Shown here: positions 12,130 through 26,265 of the stretch, piece by piece | How positions within the stretch are numbered: position 1 is the stretch's first letter | Layout: the number at the start of each line of letters is the position of its first letter | Notes under the pieces: generated by a model | The model's database searches: none | The model's input: only the letters and a program-made list of their open reading frames with translations | What the model was told of the DNA's origin: nothing | Assembly (NCBI GenBank): GCA_044892525.1 | Contig: CM097885.1 | Span: forward strand, 82,770,001 to 82,834,000 | Source of the DNA: Schmidtea polychroa | Taxonomy: Eukaryota | DNA length: 64,000 bases | Direction of reading: 5' to 3' | Program-made: the position numbers and the translations under genes

Positions 12130-13970
12130 ATATTCTTTTTAAATCAAAATTCTTTACGATATTTGATTTAGCTATTAATACTATCAAGTTGATAACTGAT
12201 GAAATCAAACAAATATACCATTTGCCAGTCTATTTCGTGTTTTTGCCAATGAATTTCGTTTTTTCATAAATATAGATAAAAGTATTTCTTTTAAATAAAT
12301 AATAAAAATTAAACAATTATATTTTGTTTTTAATATAATATTAAATTAATTATGTTGTTGCATTTTTTATTTTGAATTTCAGTATATCTTAATCGTCGTT
12401 AAATAACCCATATGTCTGAAAAAAGAAGAAATATTGATAAAAACAAATCTGTAACTTATGATAAAATTGCTAATGCATTTTCAAAAAAAATAAACAATAT
12501 TGCTTCAATCCGATGTCATTTGGAATTCCTGTAGCTCCCGCTACTTGTCACAAACTAATGAATAAAGTGCTAAAATCATTAAATTATACTAAAACTGTAG
12601 TTTATCTCGATGACATTTTAATATTATAAGGACTTTTTTTCCAATTTCACCACTGATTATTTTTTCCATTGAATATATTAAAAAGAGAGTTTGAAGACAA
12701 TAAATCAGTAATATATCGATGTTTGTTGATACTCACAAATTTTCGGCACTGCCTTTTTTAAGTGAATTGAAATTTTGAAAAATTGAAAATTGAATTGACA
12801 TTTTAATATTCTCAAATATTAAAGAAGAGCAGATGCAAATAGATAAGAATGTATTGGAAAGAATTAAAGATTCGAAATACAAGTTAAGTAAAGAAAAATA
12901 CCATTTCTTAAAAGAAAAACAAAACCTTTAGGTCATATTATAAATGCAAAAGGTACCTGAACAAATAACAGTAAAGTTAATGCAATTAAACTATTCGAAA
13001 GACCAAAGTGCTTCAAGAGATTAAGGAACTTTTGAGGACTCATCAATTATTATCAACAATTTATTGAAAAATATGCAAAGATATCGTATCAATCAAACAA
13101 AATTAATGTGGACAAATGAATGTGAAACCTGATAAAATCACTAATGCTAGCTTTTCAGATTTAAAAAAGAATTTATATTAAATAAAAATGCAAGTTTTGA
13201 TAGAATTGGAGCTGTCCTGCCACAATTAGACTCTAATTAAAATGAAAGAGTAATCGCTTATGGATCACAATGATGAATGTACACGAGTTAGGATATTGCA
13301 TCAATTTACTATTAGAGGTTACACTTTAAGCTTTATTTATACGGAAAAAGTCAGACCATATACCATGAACTAAAAACAGTAAATTTAAGAAAAAGTCTAG
13401 CTTTAATTCTAGAAGTTCATGGTTCAATGTGACAATAAGAACTCGCTAGAAATTAGTGGCATAAGAGAAAAATTACAAACAAGAGAAAAAACTACTTTTG
13501 AAATTTATTGTAATATTGTAAAGGCAAACAAACATAAATTGAGAACAAATTGAAAATGTAGTTAAAGTTTGTAAGCAGTGTCAAAAACGAAAGATCTTGA
13601 CAATACGCACGAAAGAAACTATTGACAATCACAAATACTCAAATTTATTTGAGACTATTTTCATAGAATTTTGGACCTTTGAAAGCCACAATTCATGGGA
13701 AAAGATATATAATGACAGTTATAGATCAATTTAGTAGATACATATCATTAAGTGAAGTATTAAGACAAAATGAAAAAACAATGGCAACTGTAAAAAAAAT
13801 CGATTTTGAAATATTGATTACCGAAATTTAAACACAGTTTTATAGGGAAATCTTTCGAAGGAAGATTAATAAAGAATTTAGTGAATATTCACCCCATTCA
13901 AATAGTGCATTGAAGTACGCATCATCATTCAGCATCGATATTCAACTTTGATAGAGGCGAGGAGGGGGGT
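12130..13970 (+). mobile_element. Decayed Ty3/Gypsy pol (RT, RNase H, integrase) with putative PPT
   Basis: MSFGIPVAPAT..LMNKVL...VVYLDDIL (RT); IGAVL..ERVIAYGS (RNase H); CKQCQKRK and GPLKATIHGKRYIMTVIDQFSRY (integrase); purine tract gaggcgaggaggggg near 13955. Confidence 0.8.
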
Positions 13971-14589
13971 ATCAACAAAAATTTACATATAGAATAAAAA
14001 TAATAGAATAATAAAAGCGGGACGTCTCGTAACCTTAGGTAAGTAGCAGATTTGTAATATTTATTTGTTTAATTAGCCTCCTAGCACGCACTACGAACAC
14101 GAAGTGTATCATCTGAGAAACAAATACAATGTAACTAGGTAAGAAAAGCAATATGTTAGTCTTAGTAGTCCGAGGGATTCTTAGAATGCAAAACAATGAT
14201 TTTCATAAATATAAATTTTGACTTAATTCTAAAAGTCGGGACTTTTGAAAAACGTAAAAATAAGTTTTAAAATAATTTTTAAATTGAAAAGAGATAAATT
14301 TTAAATAAATAAGTTTTTAAAAGAAGTAAATAATTTTTAAATAAATATATTTTAAATATCGAACTTTTAATAAATGGTTTTGAAGATTAGGTAACTAGAA
14401 AATTAGATAAATTAGAAAACTAGATAAAATGAAGCTATCGGTTTTAATTATAACAACAGAAATTGTTGCCCAAAATATTATTTCTTGTTGGTTTGCGTGT
14501 TTCATTGTTTTTAATCATTGTTTTTAATTACTGATTAAGACATTTAATTCAAAAAAAAACATTTTCCATTTCTGTCTAAATAATTTGGA

Positions 14590-14800
14590 TTCAAAAAAAT
14601 TCATAAAAATGCACGCCACTCTCAAACTAACGGATTGATAGGATGACTTCACCGACCCCTGAAAACACCTTTTAGGTATTTTTCAATTGCATTAAATTGG
14701 TCAGATATATTTTTTTGTACTATTAGCCTTGCATAATACTATAAACTCTCCCATGGGTAATTCACCTACTGAGTTGCTTCTTGGAACCGGAACCAGCGTT
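14590..14800 (+). mobile_element. Gypsy integrase fragment (second family)
   Basis: HSQTNGLI..LHRPLKTPF...NWSDI..VLLALHNT...GNSPTELLLG, frameshifted. Confidence 0.55.
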
Positions 14801-16513
14801 GTCTGATAAAATATCATATTTATCATATCAAAAAAGTCTGTCAGAGATAACAATGTTCCAATAATCTAACGAAAAAATAGACATGTCATCATAATCATCA
14901 AGAAATAAAACATGTTAATAATAAGTAGAAAATAGATAACAATAATTCACTTTCCTCAAGATGAGGATAACTATCCCTCAAATCTCATTATGTTCTTCAA
15001 TGAAAGTCAATGATCTTAATACCAAAGAAATTTAAATGGCCAAATTCTCAACGTTTTACACTTATTTTTAAGAAAATAGTCAAATACAATAAATGGTTTT
15101 ATTATTCTCCTCGTTTAACCAGTTATACTTTCATTACAATCATTTTGTATTATAATACATCTTAACTATAATTATAAATCAATTATATACGAAATTAAAT
15201 GAATAAAACACAATTAATTGAATGGTAATATTATTAAATGAATTATTAACTCCATTAAACGTAAAGGTCATACTAATAGATGAGTAACACTATACTAAAT
15301 TATTTATGATAATAAAGAAAAACTTATTTAATCAAATGTCCATTTAATTATATTTAATTAAATAATTATACTATGTAAAATTGAAAAAAAAAATAAACAT
15401 GAAAAAAATTAATTTATTTCAATCAACTTTAACGAAGCCTCAAAGGTTTCCATGGGATTAAATTTCATTCATGCACAGTGAAATCTCAGTGGTTACGAAA
15501 GAATTAAAATCTGTTGAAGAACTAGCAATTGGAAACTGAATTTGTCGAACATTCCATTTTGTGAGAATGAATATTAAATAAATAAGTAATTAATTATATG
15601 AATAAAACTTATAAAGAAAATTATTATCCGTCACAATCTGGTCGAGTGAAATAATAATAAAACATTTACAATTATTAGGTAAGAGTGCTGACCCCTCCCC
15701 CTTTTTTACACAGTCCACATAACTACTAACTTAATATGACCTGTTTTTATATTAAAAAAATATATTTTTATGTCAAAATATTGGGCTAAAATTGCCGAAT
15801 GATTATAAATATTTTCACATTTTTACAAGGAAATAATTAATATTTTTCTGTTAATAAAATATTTGATAAAATGTAGAATATCCCCACACGGAATTGGCAA
15901 GGGATTAATGGATTCAATTAGGGAAATTAAATAATCTTTCAAAGTCCACTCATTTCCCTATGTTAACGGATAAGTTTATTTAACAAGTGAAAATGCAGTT
16001 TTTATTGAAATTTTTGACAGAAAAAAATATTGGTGAAACACATTTCTTAATTCTACAAAAATTTATTTTACTTGCTTATTTTTTGGTGACGAAGATATTA
16101 TTCCGGTTAGACAAAAATTCTTTTAAATGCACAAAAGCTTTACTGTATTTAATGACTTCTTTCTGTTTCCATTATGTCATGATTTTTTTTAAAATCTTAT
16201 TTTTCTGAAACTGCCTAAATTAAAATTAATATTACATTAATCTCCGCCCGCTATATTTACTACCTCTGGTTCGATTGGGTAATAACTTCTATAATATACA
16301 CGTTGGTGTGCAAATCAATTTCATGATTAATAAATTATGCCTAAATTTATGTTTATACACACATTTTAGAAATGAATGTCAAGTAAGATTTTTTACAAGT
16401 AAATTTTTAGGTTTGAATTTTGATACAATGACTGCCTTTGGAAAAATAGATCCAAACTTTGTAAAAAATCAAAAATTAATTCTGTCATAAAAAATGCCAT
16501 TGCATGTCATAAG

Positions 16514-19500
16514 TAGGGTTGTTAAACGAAAATCGGAAATCCGATTTTCGATTTTGAAAACGATTATCGGTTTCTTTATTTCACAAAACGATAATCGGTT
16601 TTGTTTGTCTTTTACATATTATACAGATAAATTGAATGCCGGGAATTTAATTTTGTTCATTGTTTACTACTGTATCCATTCAATTTTACCGACAGAAAGG
16701 GGCAGTTTTTTTCAACTCGTCAAAACTCCTTACAACGTGTTTGTACATGAGTCAATCTTTTCAATTATCCCATTCCTGTAACAACGGCAAGAGGTTGCTC
16801 TAGTATTCCAACATATCTCACCGACTGACCAGTTATTTGTCAGTTGATGTCCGTAATCGGCAACCGCTGATTTGTTTTATACAGCCACTGACAGGTACTG
16901 TGCCCATTAAATCTTTTAATCGGGACCAGCTGAGGCCAAGGTTGTGGTTGTGTGTTTTAGTATTTGCATTTTGCCGGTTTTGTTTGGCAACCTGATATTT
17001 GTTGCCGAAATCGGCCACCAAAGATTTGATTACTGCAGTCCATAACAGAAGCTTAGCTATTAACCCCCTTCACAGGGACTAGATGTGGCCGAGGTCGGCG
17101 ATTTTGTGTTTAGTCCGTGAAGTTCTATTTTGCAATCTGATATCTTGCATCTGCGAACCGGTTAAAAGTTTATTCTGGTTTTAACTTAAAACGAGAATAA
17201 ACTGAATTGCATACCGCATCATCTTCATGAAAGCCAGATGTAAAGAGATCGAAAGACATGTGCCATTCCTCGAATCATAATGTTTGGTTGTTTACCCATT
17301 GAAATATGGAAGAGAGTTGGACACTAGGACAAACTTCAAGTTTGGGTGACGACCATTCTCAAATTTATTCAGTTTGTTGATCTTTTGACAATGTCTAAGA
17401 GGCTGCTCAGGTCGAAGTAAATTGATTTTCGGGATTTTAATTTATGACAAGATTTTGGAAAGTCCAATCCATGGTTCAAATCTACTATAAACATATAAAC
17501 TGTTATATAATTTCCATTCATTCAGTTAGTTGCTCTTGTAGTAGCTGTTATTAATCCATATAATTGAAAATTGCGGTTTAGTTTGAATATTACGTAATAT
17601 TCAATAAACATTTTTTATATTATCTAAATCAATACAAAATCAGTTTAAATTTATGGGTTTCCGTATAAATAAGTCTGACGTCTGGGACAATTTTGATAAA
17701 ATTTCGGCGACGATGGCACAATGTAAGCTCTGTGCACAGCAAATAAGTAGGAGTGGAGGTACTACGACTGGTTTGCATGCACATTTGCGTAGCAAACATG
17801 GTGGATTAACAACATCTTCAAATACTCAAACACGATTGACTGCATTGATTACAACACAAAGAAATTGTCCGAGTAGTAAACAGGAAAAAATTACGGCTGC
17901 TGTTGCGAGATTGATTTCCGAAAATATGTTGGCAATTTCGCTCGTGGAATCGAAATCCTTCCGTGAATTGATGGCGATAGTGGAGCCAGGATATCGTCCT
18001 CCGTGTCGTCAGACGATGACAGCACGACTAACAGCAATGAAAAATAATTTAGTGGTCAAAATGTCGAAATATATCCATGAAAATGTCAAGGACATTGCGA
18101 TCACTACCGACATCTGGACTAGTGTCACCAATGAAGCTTATCTCAGTTTTACTGCAAGCTACATTGATACAGACTGGAATATGATGACGCCTGTTTTTGG
18201 AACAATTCTGATGACTCAACGCCACACACAAGCCGTCATTGCTGACCATCTATGTAGTATAGCTGATGAATGGTCAATAAAAGAAAAAATTGTTGCATGT
18301 GTCCATGATGGTGCATCCAACATCAATCATGCAGGCAATCTCAATGGATGGTTTGACGTTCACTGTGCGGCGCATAAATTGCAACTTTGCATCAATAATG
18401 CAATGGGCTCCCATGTTGTCACGGATCATCAAATTTCCAAATGTATATCAGCTGCAGCACGACTAGTCGGACATTTCTCACATAGCCCAATGGCAACGGG
18501 GGAGCTCCTGAAAAGACAGTTGTCCATGGACAAGGATAAAACGCAACTAAAACTTATTCAGCACTGTAAGACTCGTTGGAACAGCGTCTATGACATGTTT
18601 GAACGACTAGTAGAACTGAGATGGCCAGTAGTTGCAGTATTGAGCGACAAAAACGTGGTGAAATTGAACGATGCCAAAACGTTGGGCATGAAGGACGATT
18701 ATTGGCAATTGATGACTGAATTGCTCCCTGTTTTAAAAGCGTCGCAGATCGTGACGTCCGTCATGTCAGCCGAAAGCCAGCCATCAGCCTCTTGTGTTTT
18801 TCCCATGTTATGGGGACTCGTGAAAAATCATTTAACCATTAAAGAAGAAGATTCTGACATTATGGGTGAATTTAAGAGAGATCTTGCTAAGAATATTTCA
18901 CGTCGTTTTGGATTAGAAAATAATGAAACGAATGCGTTGTTGCATCAATTCTCGATCCGATGTATAAGCATCTTCCTGGATTTCCGGACGATTTCAAAAA
19001 GCTGGCGTATGAAAATGTCCGTCATCTCATCAGACAGCTGCCAGATTGCCCCGAACAGCCGAAGACGAGTCGGGATGAAGATAACATGATCCCACCAACT
19101 AAAAGATCACGACCAAATCATGATGCAGTTATGTTTCTCCTTGGTGATAGTGCAGCACAACAGGCGCCAGAGGAATCCGACTTTGAATATTACGTCAAAT
19201 CATCATGGTCGACAAACTCAAGTGAAACAGCCCTGGAGTGGTGGAAACATAATATGAAACTTTTCCCCAAAACAGCTATTCTTGCCCGGAAGTTCTTATG
19301 CATTCCTGCAACCTCAGTGCAATCGGAACGATTATTTTCGGCCACTGGACGTCTGATAACCAAGCTTCGTAACCGGCTCCTTCCAGATCATGCAGAATCT
19401 TTGGTCTTTTTGAATATGAACCAGGACTTGTCTGATATTTAAAAATAAAATCGAATTTAGTACTTACTTTTAAATGTTTACACTTTGGAATCTTTGTTTT

Positions 19501-19843
19501 TGATATCTATGGTTTCGATATGTTTATGTTTAATTTTAAAATAAGGCCGCCGCAGCACCGGAAAGTTTTATTTTGATTTATACTTTAGTATATACAGGGA
19601 AAATTACCGAAGAAATTGAAAACAAATTTACTTATATGCTTTAACTTTTTACATAAACAGTCAGTTCATATTCTCCTTGTGTGTGGTATAAACTTTGAAT
19701 AAAACTAATTATACTATACACGTGCGTGAATAGTAATAATGTAAGTAGCTTTGGTTATGCAAAGTGCAAACGATAATCGGTTTAAAATCGGATTTATACA
19801 AACGATAATCGGATTGCTCGAAAAACCGATATTAACAACCCTA
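16514..19843 (+). mobile_element. Full-length hAT (Ac-type) DNA transposon, 3330 bp
   Basis: 12-bp TIR TAGGGTTGTTAA / TTAACAACCCTA; perfect 8-bp TSD GTCATAAG on both sides; subterminal CGATAATCGG repeats. Confidence 0.95.
17653..19442 (+). pseudogene. hAT transposase (BED finger, DDE, dimerization domain) with one frameshift
   Basis: VWDNF..AQCKLC..HLRSKH (BED); ITTDIWTS; CAAHKLQL; TRWNS; WW..LARKFLCIPATSVQSERLFS. One frameshift near 18930 restores VVASILDPMYK. Confidence 0.92.
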
Positions 19844-22010
19844 GTCATAAGCAATTTCTCGAGAAGAAACGGCACTATGAGATAAACTACTTTGTTATCA
19901 ATCATTAATACAGTACTATTGCAATCTTCCACTGAAATGCCTGGTCTGCCATAAGCTCCAAATTCAACACCAACTACATTACCGTCTGCAAACCGAAGTT
20001 GGTTGTTTGTAGATTCAGATCATGTAGATTCAGATCATGAAAATTCGGCAACGTCCATTGTACGGTCAGAACGAAGAAGTGTCATCTTTAAAATAAAAAT
20101 ATTTGTATTCAAAATTTTATATTTCTTTTCAATTGTAAACCATGTACTGTAAGTAATAAATATATATTTAAATGTAAACATTGTGTTGATTTCTCTTTCC
20201 AACATTGTTTTATAGGTAGAGATATTGAATACTTGAAATATATATTAGTTTTTCTTGCAAGCACTCATAAGGACAAAAGAGCCTTAATTCACTTTTTAAC
20301 TTACTTCAAAAAAATAGAATTGCAAAATTTTGACTAATGTAATACTTTCAAAAATTAATAATAAATGTAACATTTAACCCAATGCTGCTAGAAAATCGTT
20401 GAAGTATAATATTTATTATCACTTGATGAAGCAGTGTCGAAATTTTGTGTTGCAGGAAAAAAATTAACTTTTCATCTATAGTCGTAATAAAAACAAATGA
20501 AATGTTTGGCAAAAGATTCGCAAAGGTTGGAGAGTTTTAATCAATCATAAAAACTTTATATTCTTCAATTAATAATCAGATTTCGACTATTTATGATTTG
20601 ATTTTTCACAAATTTCTACTACTTGAAAACAATGAAACAGTAAAAAAATGTGAATTAAAATTTCCCAATAGTTTTATACAGTCTGTACTCTCCAATTTCC
20701 CATTGTTGTGAAAGTCATACACGAATCCATTAACTAACTCGCATACGTTTCCGTAAATCAACAATGGAACATCGCAACTTCCGGTGCATAGGGAAACGAT
20801 AAATTTGTTCGTCTCGCTAAATTAAGAAAATAGTTTGTTTCGTAATTATGGGTCATGAAAATATGTTAATGATAATCGGATCAACGGAAGAGAATAAGAA
20901 AAATTGTCTTCAATTTAATATAGAAATGAANNNNNNNNNNNNNNNNNNNNNNNNNNNNNNNNNNNNNNNNNNNNNNNNNNNNNNNNNNNNNNNNNNNNNN
21001 NNNNNNNNNNNNNNNNNNNNNNNNNNNNNNNNNNNNNNNNNNNNNNNNNNNNNNNNNNNNNNNNNNNNNNNNNTATGCAAACCATAAGCAGCAATATATA
21101 TAAAATGAAATATTTCGACCTAAAATAGGCCCTGGTCATTCCAATACAAAATTAACAAGTCTCTCACTTTCTGCTTCCATTTTTATTGAATTTTTCTTTT
21201 CTGCAATCTTATTTTTGGAAACATCTTAAGATATGAGAAAAGAAAATTGTAATCATAAAGAAAGTTTAGAGCGAAATACTTGTTAATTTATATATTATAA
21301 TCATGTAGCAAACTTCATTGCGAAAAAGACCATACGCACAAGGCTCGATAAATAATACGAGCTGTACGTGGAAATACAATAAAAACTAAAGTTTTTTGAT
21401 AATAAAGAAATTGTTAATTCCGGGACATTTTCCGGGACGTGTATCTAGAATCTAGAACGAATGGTTATCCCATTTATAAGGTCATTCGTACATCTTTTTC
21501 ACTATATATTTCGATAGCTATATAGTTCACTATATATTTCGATATATTTCATTATCATCATCATTAATTAAGTTTTTGTTTAATTAAGCTTTTGTATGTT
21601 GATGTATATTAATAATAGTTATGTTAAATAATTAAAAAAAATAATTAAAATAATATTTTTAAATAATTTTAAAAGTTTAAATATAATTGATTATTGAAAA
21701 TTATTTTTAAAATATATATGTTTAAAATTTTTATTTATAATTTATAATTTATATATTTTATAATTTGTTTATATATTATTAATATAGTATAGTTATTCAT
21801 CCGTCGTGAATGTAGGTACCTGATGATGACAGTGATGCTATCGAAATATATAGTGAAAAAGATGTATTAATGGCGATTTTTATTAATAAAATCTTTACCA
21901 TGTTTATTTAAGTATTTATTTATAAGGTGTTTCTTTCTTCTGGTACTCATATAAACCTCTTTCTCGCACATTTTTTATATGGGCATTTGGAGTTTTTGTT
22001 CACTTAATTC

Positions 22011-23100
22011 AGTGCTGCCCAACCCAAATTGTACCAAGTGCCGCACATAAATAAAAATCATTGGAAAAATTTGTTCTAATCATTTTTTCTGATTTTACAA
22101 ATAATATATATATAAAGAAAACATGTAATGAACGAATTGCAAAATATATTTATTTAGTTGTAAACAAAAAATACATCAATACATGCAATTTTTCAGTGTG
22201 ATATTTGTGTGTCTTCGATTACTTAATTTTTCTATATCTATTTCAATATTCGACGTTGCGCATATTAACTGATTTACCAGATTTATGTCGGTTATTGACG
22301 CTCTATTTAAATTTTTATTGTATTTCATTTTGGGAAAAAAGCTTCACAAACATATGTAGATCCAAAGACACTAACAACCTTTTGGGCAAAATGTCTGATA
22401 TTATGGAATTTTTTGCTGTTAAGTATTTACTATATAATTCAATTTTTGGAATCGTGGGGTATGTATTTTTCAATTCAGTATTGCATTGCATGTCAATTAA
22501 TTCCATTTGTAAGGTTTCTGAAACGGTGGAAACATAAACACCAAATGGAGAGCTGAACATATGAAATATTTTCTCATAATCTACCAGTTCTGAAAAACGA
22601 GCATTAAATGCTAACATAAGTTTCTTTTATTTCGTCAGCAAATGTGTTGTGATTTATCTGACAACTTCATATTATGTATCAATCTTCTCTTCATTTCACT
22701 ATATATTTGTGAATCAAATAAAGCTAATTCAACCAGATCTTCTGGCAGGTATCAAATATGGCACTGGAATTCTGGTAATACTATTGTATTACCACTATAC
22801 TAACACTAATAGGTTTAGATCTCTTGTACTTAGTCAATATCTCAATAAAATCTAAGTCAGTGCCCTGGTAGCCAGCGGCGCCTCATGCAGATTTTACCAT
22901 ACACCAGGCCTAAAAAGACACAAATCTGTCAGGTTTGCAGTTTCCTTTTTGTTGAGAGGAAACTGTTGTCTAAACAGATACAGTTTTATCGTATAAATAG
23001 CCTTTGACAATAATGACCATGATACACGGCAGCAAAATATTTCATTACAAATCAAACACCTTGGATTTCCTCAAGAAAAATGAAACACGGCTGTATTAGC
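22011..23100 (-). mobile_element. Internally deleted hAT relic (SPIN/GTF2IRD2-like)
   Basis: GNPRCLICNE (N-terminal finger), EARWL-like motif, FSSPF...LQMELIDMQCNTELK, FGSTYVCE; TIR-like CAGTGCTGCCCAAC at about 22011. Confidence 0.75.
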
Positions 23101-23638
23101 TTTAAATAACCATCTCGAGAAAAGTGTGTTTAGTAAGTGAATCGGTATATAAGGCAATCATATTGTTTGGAAGCTGAAACATGCCACTGCTTAGAGCATG
23201 CGAGATCTATAGTCTAGTCGACATCCTTCACTGAATGTTACATAACAGTTGTTGTATGTCATTATCCCTTTTGACTTTTCTCTTCTTGTAAACTGTACAA
23301 TGTACAATGTACAGTCTTTGAGCTATAACGTTTTTTTATTTTTTTTGATGATTTGGATGCCACTCAATCATGTGAAACAGTGTTTAAGAATATTCTGTTT
23401 GACTAGCAAGAAATCCTTTTTTTATTTATCACCTATTGGAAAACGAAATATTTTAGACATATACACATATATGCAAACAGAGAGTACGCTACAAACTATG
23501 CAGTCTTTCACTTACAATGTACGTCGTACATGCTATAAATATGCAATTTGAAGCAACCATTAAATAGTCTACAAATTCTTTCAAATTTTGTGTGTAAAGA
23601 AGTAATAGCATATTTAGAAGACAAAATTTCTGAAATTT

Positions 23639-23641
<3 letters not shown>

Positions 23642-23725
<84 letters not shown>
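23642..23725. repeat. (TA)n microsatellite
   Basis: Read directly. Confidence 0.97.
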
Positions 23726-23729
<4 letters not shown>

Positions 23730-23740
23730 CGATATTGTCA

Positions 23741-24432
23741 CCAGGGCTACGGAGTAGGTCTTAAAAATAACGACTCCGACTCCATTTTTTTAAAATTTTT
23801 AATACGATTCCGACTCTTACTATACATAATTTTATACAAAATTTTACAAAACTTTGAAAACAAGAAAGAATTTATAAAAATCGTAACAATTTATTACAAG
23901 AAAAAATAATAAGTAAGAATGTTATAATATTGTTAAATATTGTAAATTTATGCATGGATGTTTTATGAGTATAATATATTGTATGCAAAATTATAAAACA
24001 TGGTATTATAAGAACTTTTTTCAATTTTCACCACTGATTAATTTTCAATTAACATTGTATTTTCTAAAATGCTTGACTACAAATACAATAAAATATAGCT
24101 TCAGTAATTTTTTATAAAGTCTATATTTCCTCAGTTTTATTTAATTTTATATACATTTTATATACATTTTATATGCATCGGAAATCTGATAGCAAAAATT
24201 TATTAGTAATTTAAAACAAATAATTAATCAATTGTTTAATTTCAATTTCTTCTCAAAAAAATTAAAAAGTATAAAACTTATAATTTTGGCCACTTTCTAG
24301 CTTAGTACATTGTTCTTAAAAAAAGATTGTTTTTTTTCACAAAAAAATTATATTATATAGTTTGTAAAATAAAAAGAGTAGGAGTCCCCAATAATTTCTG
24401 ATAATTTTCCGACTCCGACTCCGCAGCCCTGG
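23741..24432. mobile_element. hAT-like MITE with (GGAGTC)n subterminal repeats
   Basis: CCAGGGCTACGGAGT ... ACTCCGCAGCCCTGG inverted ends; no TSD preserved. A related end lies at about 61255-61352. Confidence 0.6.
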
Positions 24433-25051
24433 TTATGATATTAATACTTTGTGATTTGTTTTAAAGAAATATTCTTTGTAATTTGTGGGGTTGTTATAAT
24501 TGAACGAACACTCTGAGTCGGAGTCAAAGTCAAGCCGTTTTTATTTTAATCAACAATTTGACCAAATAAATAAAGAAATCTCTCTTTTGTTCAGGATTAC
24601 AAAGTAGATAAAATCTTGTGTTATGATAAAAATTGATTTTTAAACCCATCAATATCTTTAAATATTTATTCATTATTCATTTAATTTTCAATAAATCACA
24701 AATCGTTCACTGGTTTTTTAACTTGTAAAAATTTCTATGAATTTCTAGCTGGACCGAATTAGCCCGCCTTAAATCACATTCCTCCATATCACAGAATCAA
24801 TTTACCATGAAATGAAATTATTCATTCGCGACTGTTTTAGGCTGAAAATAATTTGACGATATTTTTCAACTTTGTTTCCTTAAAAATTAATTTACAAATT
24901 AAAAATAAATTGAAAAAATTATATTTAAAAAATCTATAAATGAAAAATAAAATTTTCAAACAATTTATAATAAAAATGACCTTGATAATTATTTAAATGA
25001 AATAATTTAATCAAAGTTTTAACTTTCATAAAATTAATATATTCGATTAAA

Positions 25052-25369
25052 ATGAGTGATGTTGTTGAATCTCAGATGAGTTCACCAAATTTTTTAAAAT
25101 TAAAATCAGAATTACTGAAACATCCAGATGGAGTGGCACTTTATGAAGATCCGAATTTCCCAGCCAGTTATGATATTCTCTTTTGCAAACCGAATAAAGA
25201 ATTTATTAGCAATGATATAATCTGGCGAAGACCTGGACAACTCAGCAAGCTTCCTTGTTTGATGAAATTCAACAATGATCAACCAACGAGATTTCAGCCT
25301 GGAAAATTATCTCCATTTTGGTTCCCAATTCTCATTTCTCTGCTGAAAGAAAGGAATATTCTTGAATTA
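25052..25369 (+). CDS. Calpain-5/TRA-3-like protein, exon 1
   Basis: LYEDPNFPAS...IIWRRPGQL calpain N-terminal motifs; QPGKLSPFW aligns to QGxLGDCW (Cys to Phe); donor |gtaatc, phase 0. Confidence 0.85.
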
Positions 25370-26032
25370 GTAATCAATATTATTTGTAAATCCTAATTCC
25401 ATTTAAATGTGGTGAATTATTTTATGTTTATTGACTTTGTAACAGAGAGTGCGAGGCAGATAATTTAAATATGTTATTAAATTTCAACCGAAATTAATTA
25501 TAAAATAAAAAATTATCATTCAATGACATAATATAATAATGATATAATGTAGGACTTTGGAAATTCTTTTGAATACTCTCATCTGAAAATTTAACTGTTT
25601 TGATACTGTGGATAGGAATAAACAATATTTCACCTAGCTGAGGTACACTCTTTGCAGGTATCCATGATTTGCACTCTTAAACTACACAAAATTATACAAA
25701 ATAACTTGGGAAATAATGAAATTTTATGTAAAATAATTTCACGCCTCTGTTGTTTTTTCTTGTGTTATGTAATTATAAAATTAGAAGGTGATCGAAAATA
25801 TTAGAAAGGATTTGCAGAGTATTAGTAGTATTANNNNNNNNNNNNNNNNNNNNNNNNNNNNNNNNNNNNNNNNNNNNNNNNNNNNNNNNNNNNNNNNNNN
25901 NNNNNNNNNNNNNNNNNNNNNNNNNNNNNNNNNNNNNNNNNNNNNNNNNNNNNNNNNNNNNNNNNNNNNNNNNNNNNNNNNNNNNNNNNNNNNNNNNNNN
26001 NAAATCTATTATAACGCAATATTATGCTTTAG

Positions 26033-26265
26033 GTTGTTCCAAATATATCCAGTCAAAATACTTTCAACCAAGAACCATTCATTATAACCCCTGTGAGCAT
26101 GAGCTATTGCGGAACATTTCAATTCACTTTTCGGCGTGGCGGAAAATTAGAGCATGTGATCATTGATGACCGTCTACCAACCACAGTCAGTTGTCATTTG
26201 CTATCTGCGTCTTCAAATAACAATGAGGAATTCTTACCGGCGCTCATCGAAAAGGCCTATGCGAA
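26033..26265 (+). CDS. Calpain-like protein, exon 2
   Basis: VVP...YCGTFQFTF...HVIIDDRLPT...EEFLPALIEKAYA(K); tttag| acceptor, |gtaaat donor, phase 2. Confidence 0.92.

Noticed and set aside
20410-20540. SLDEAVSKF, piggyBac D1-like motif; also a Cys-poor CRD-like remnant near 37800-37900 (-)
   Set aside because: Single weak motifs only.
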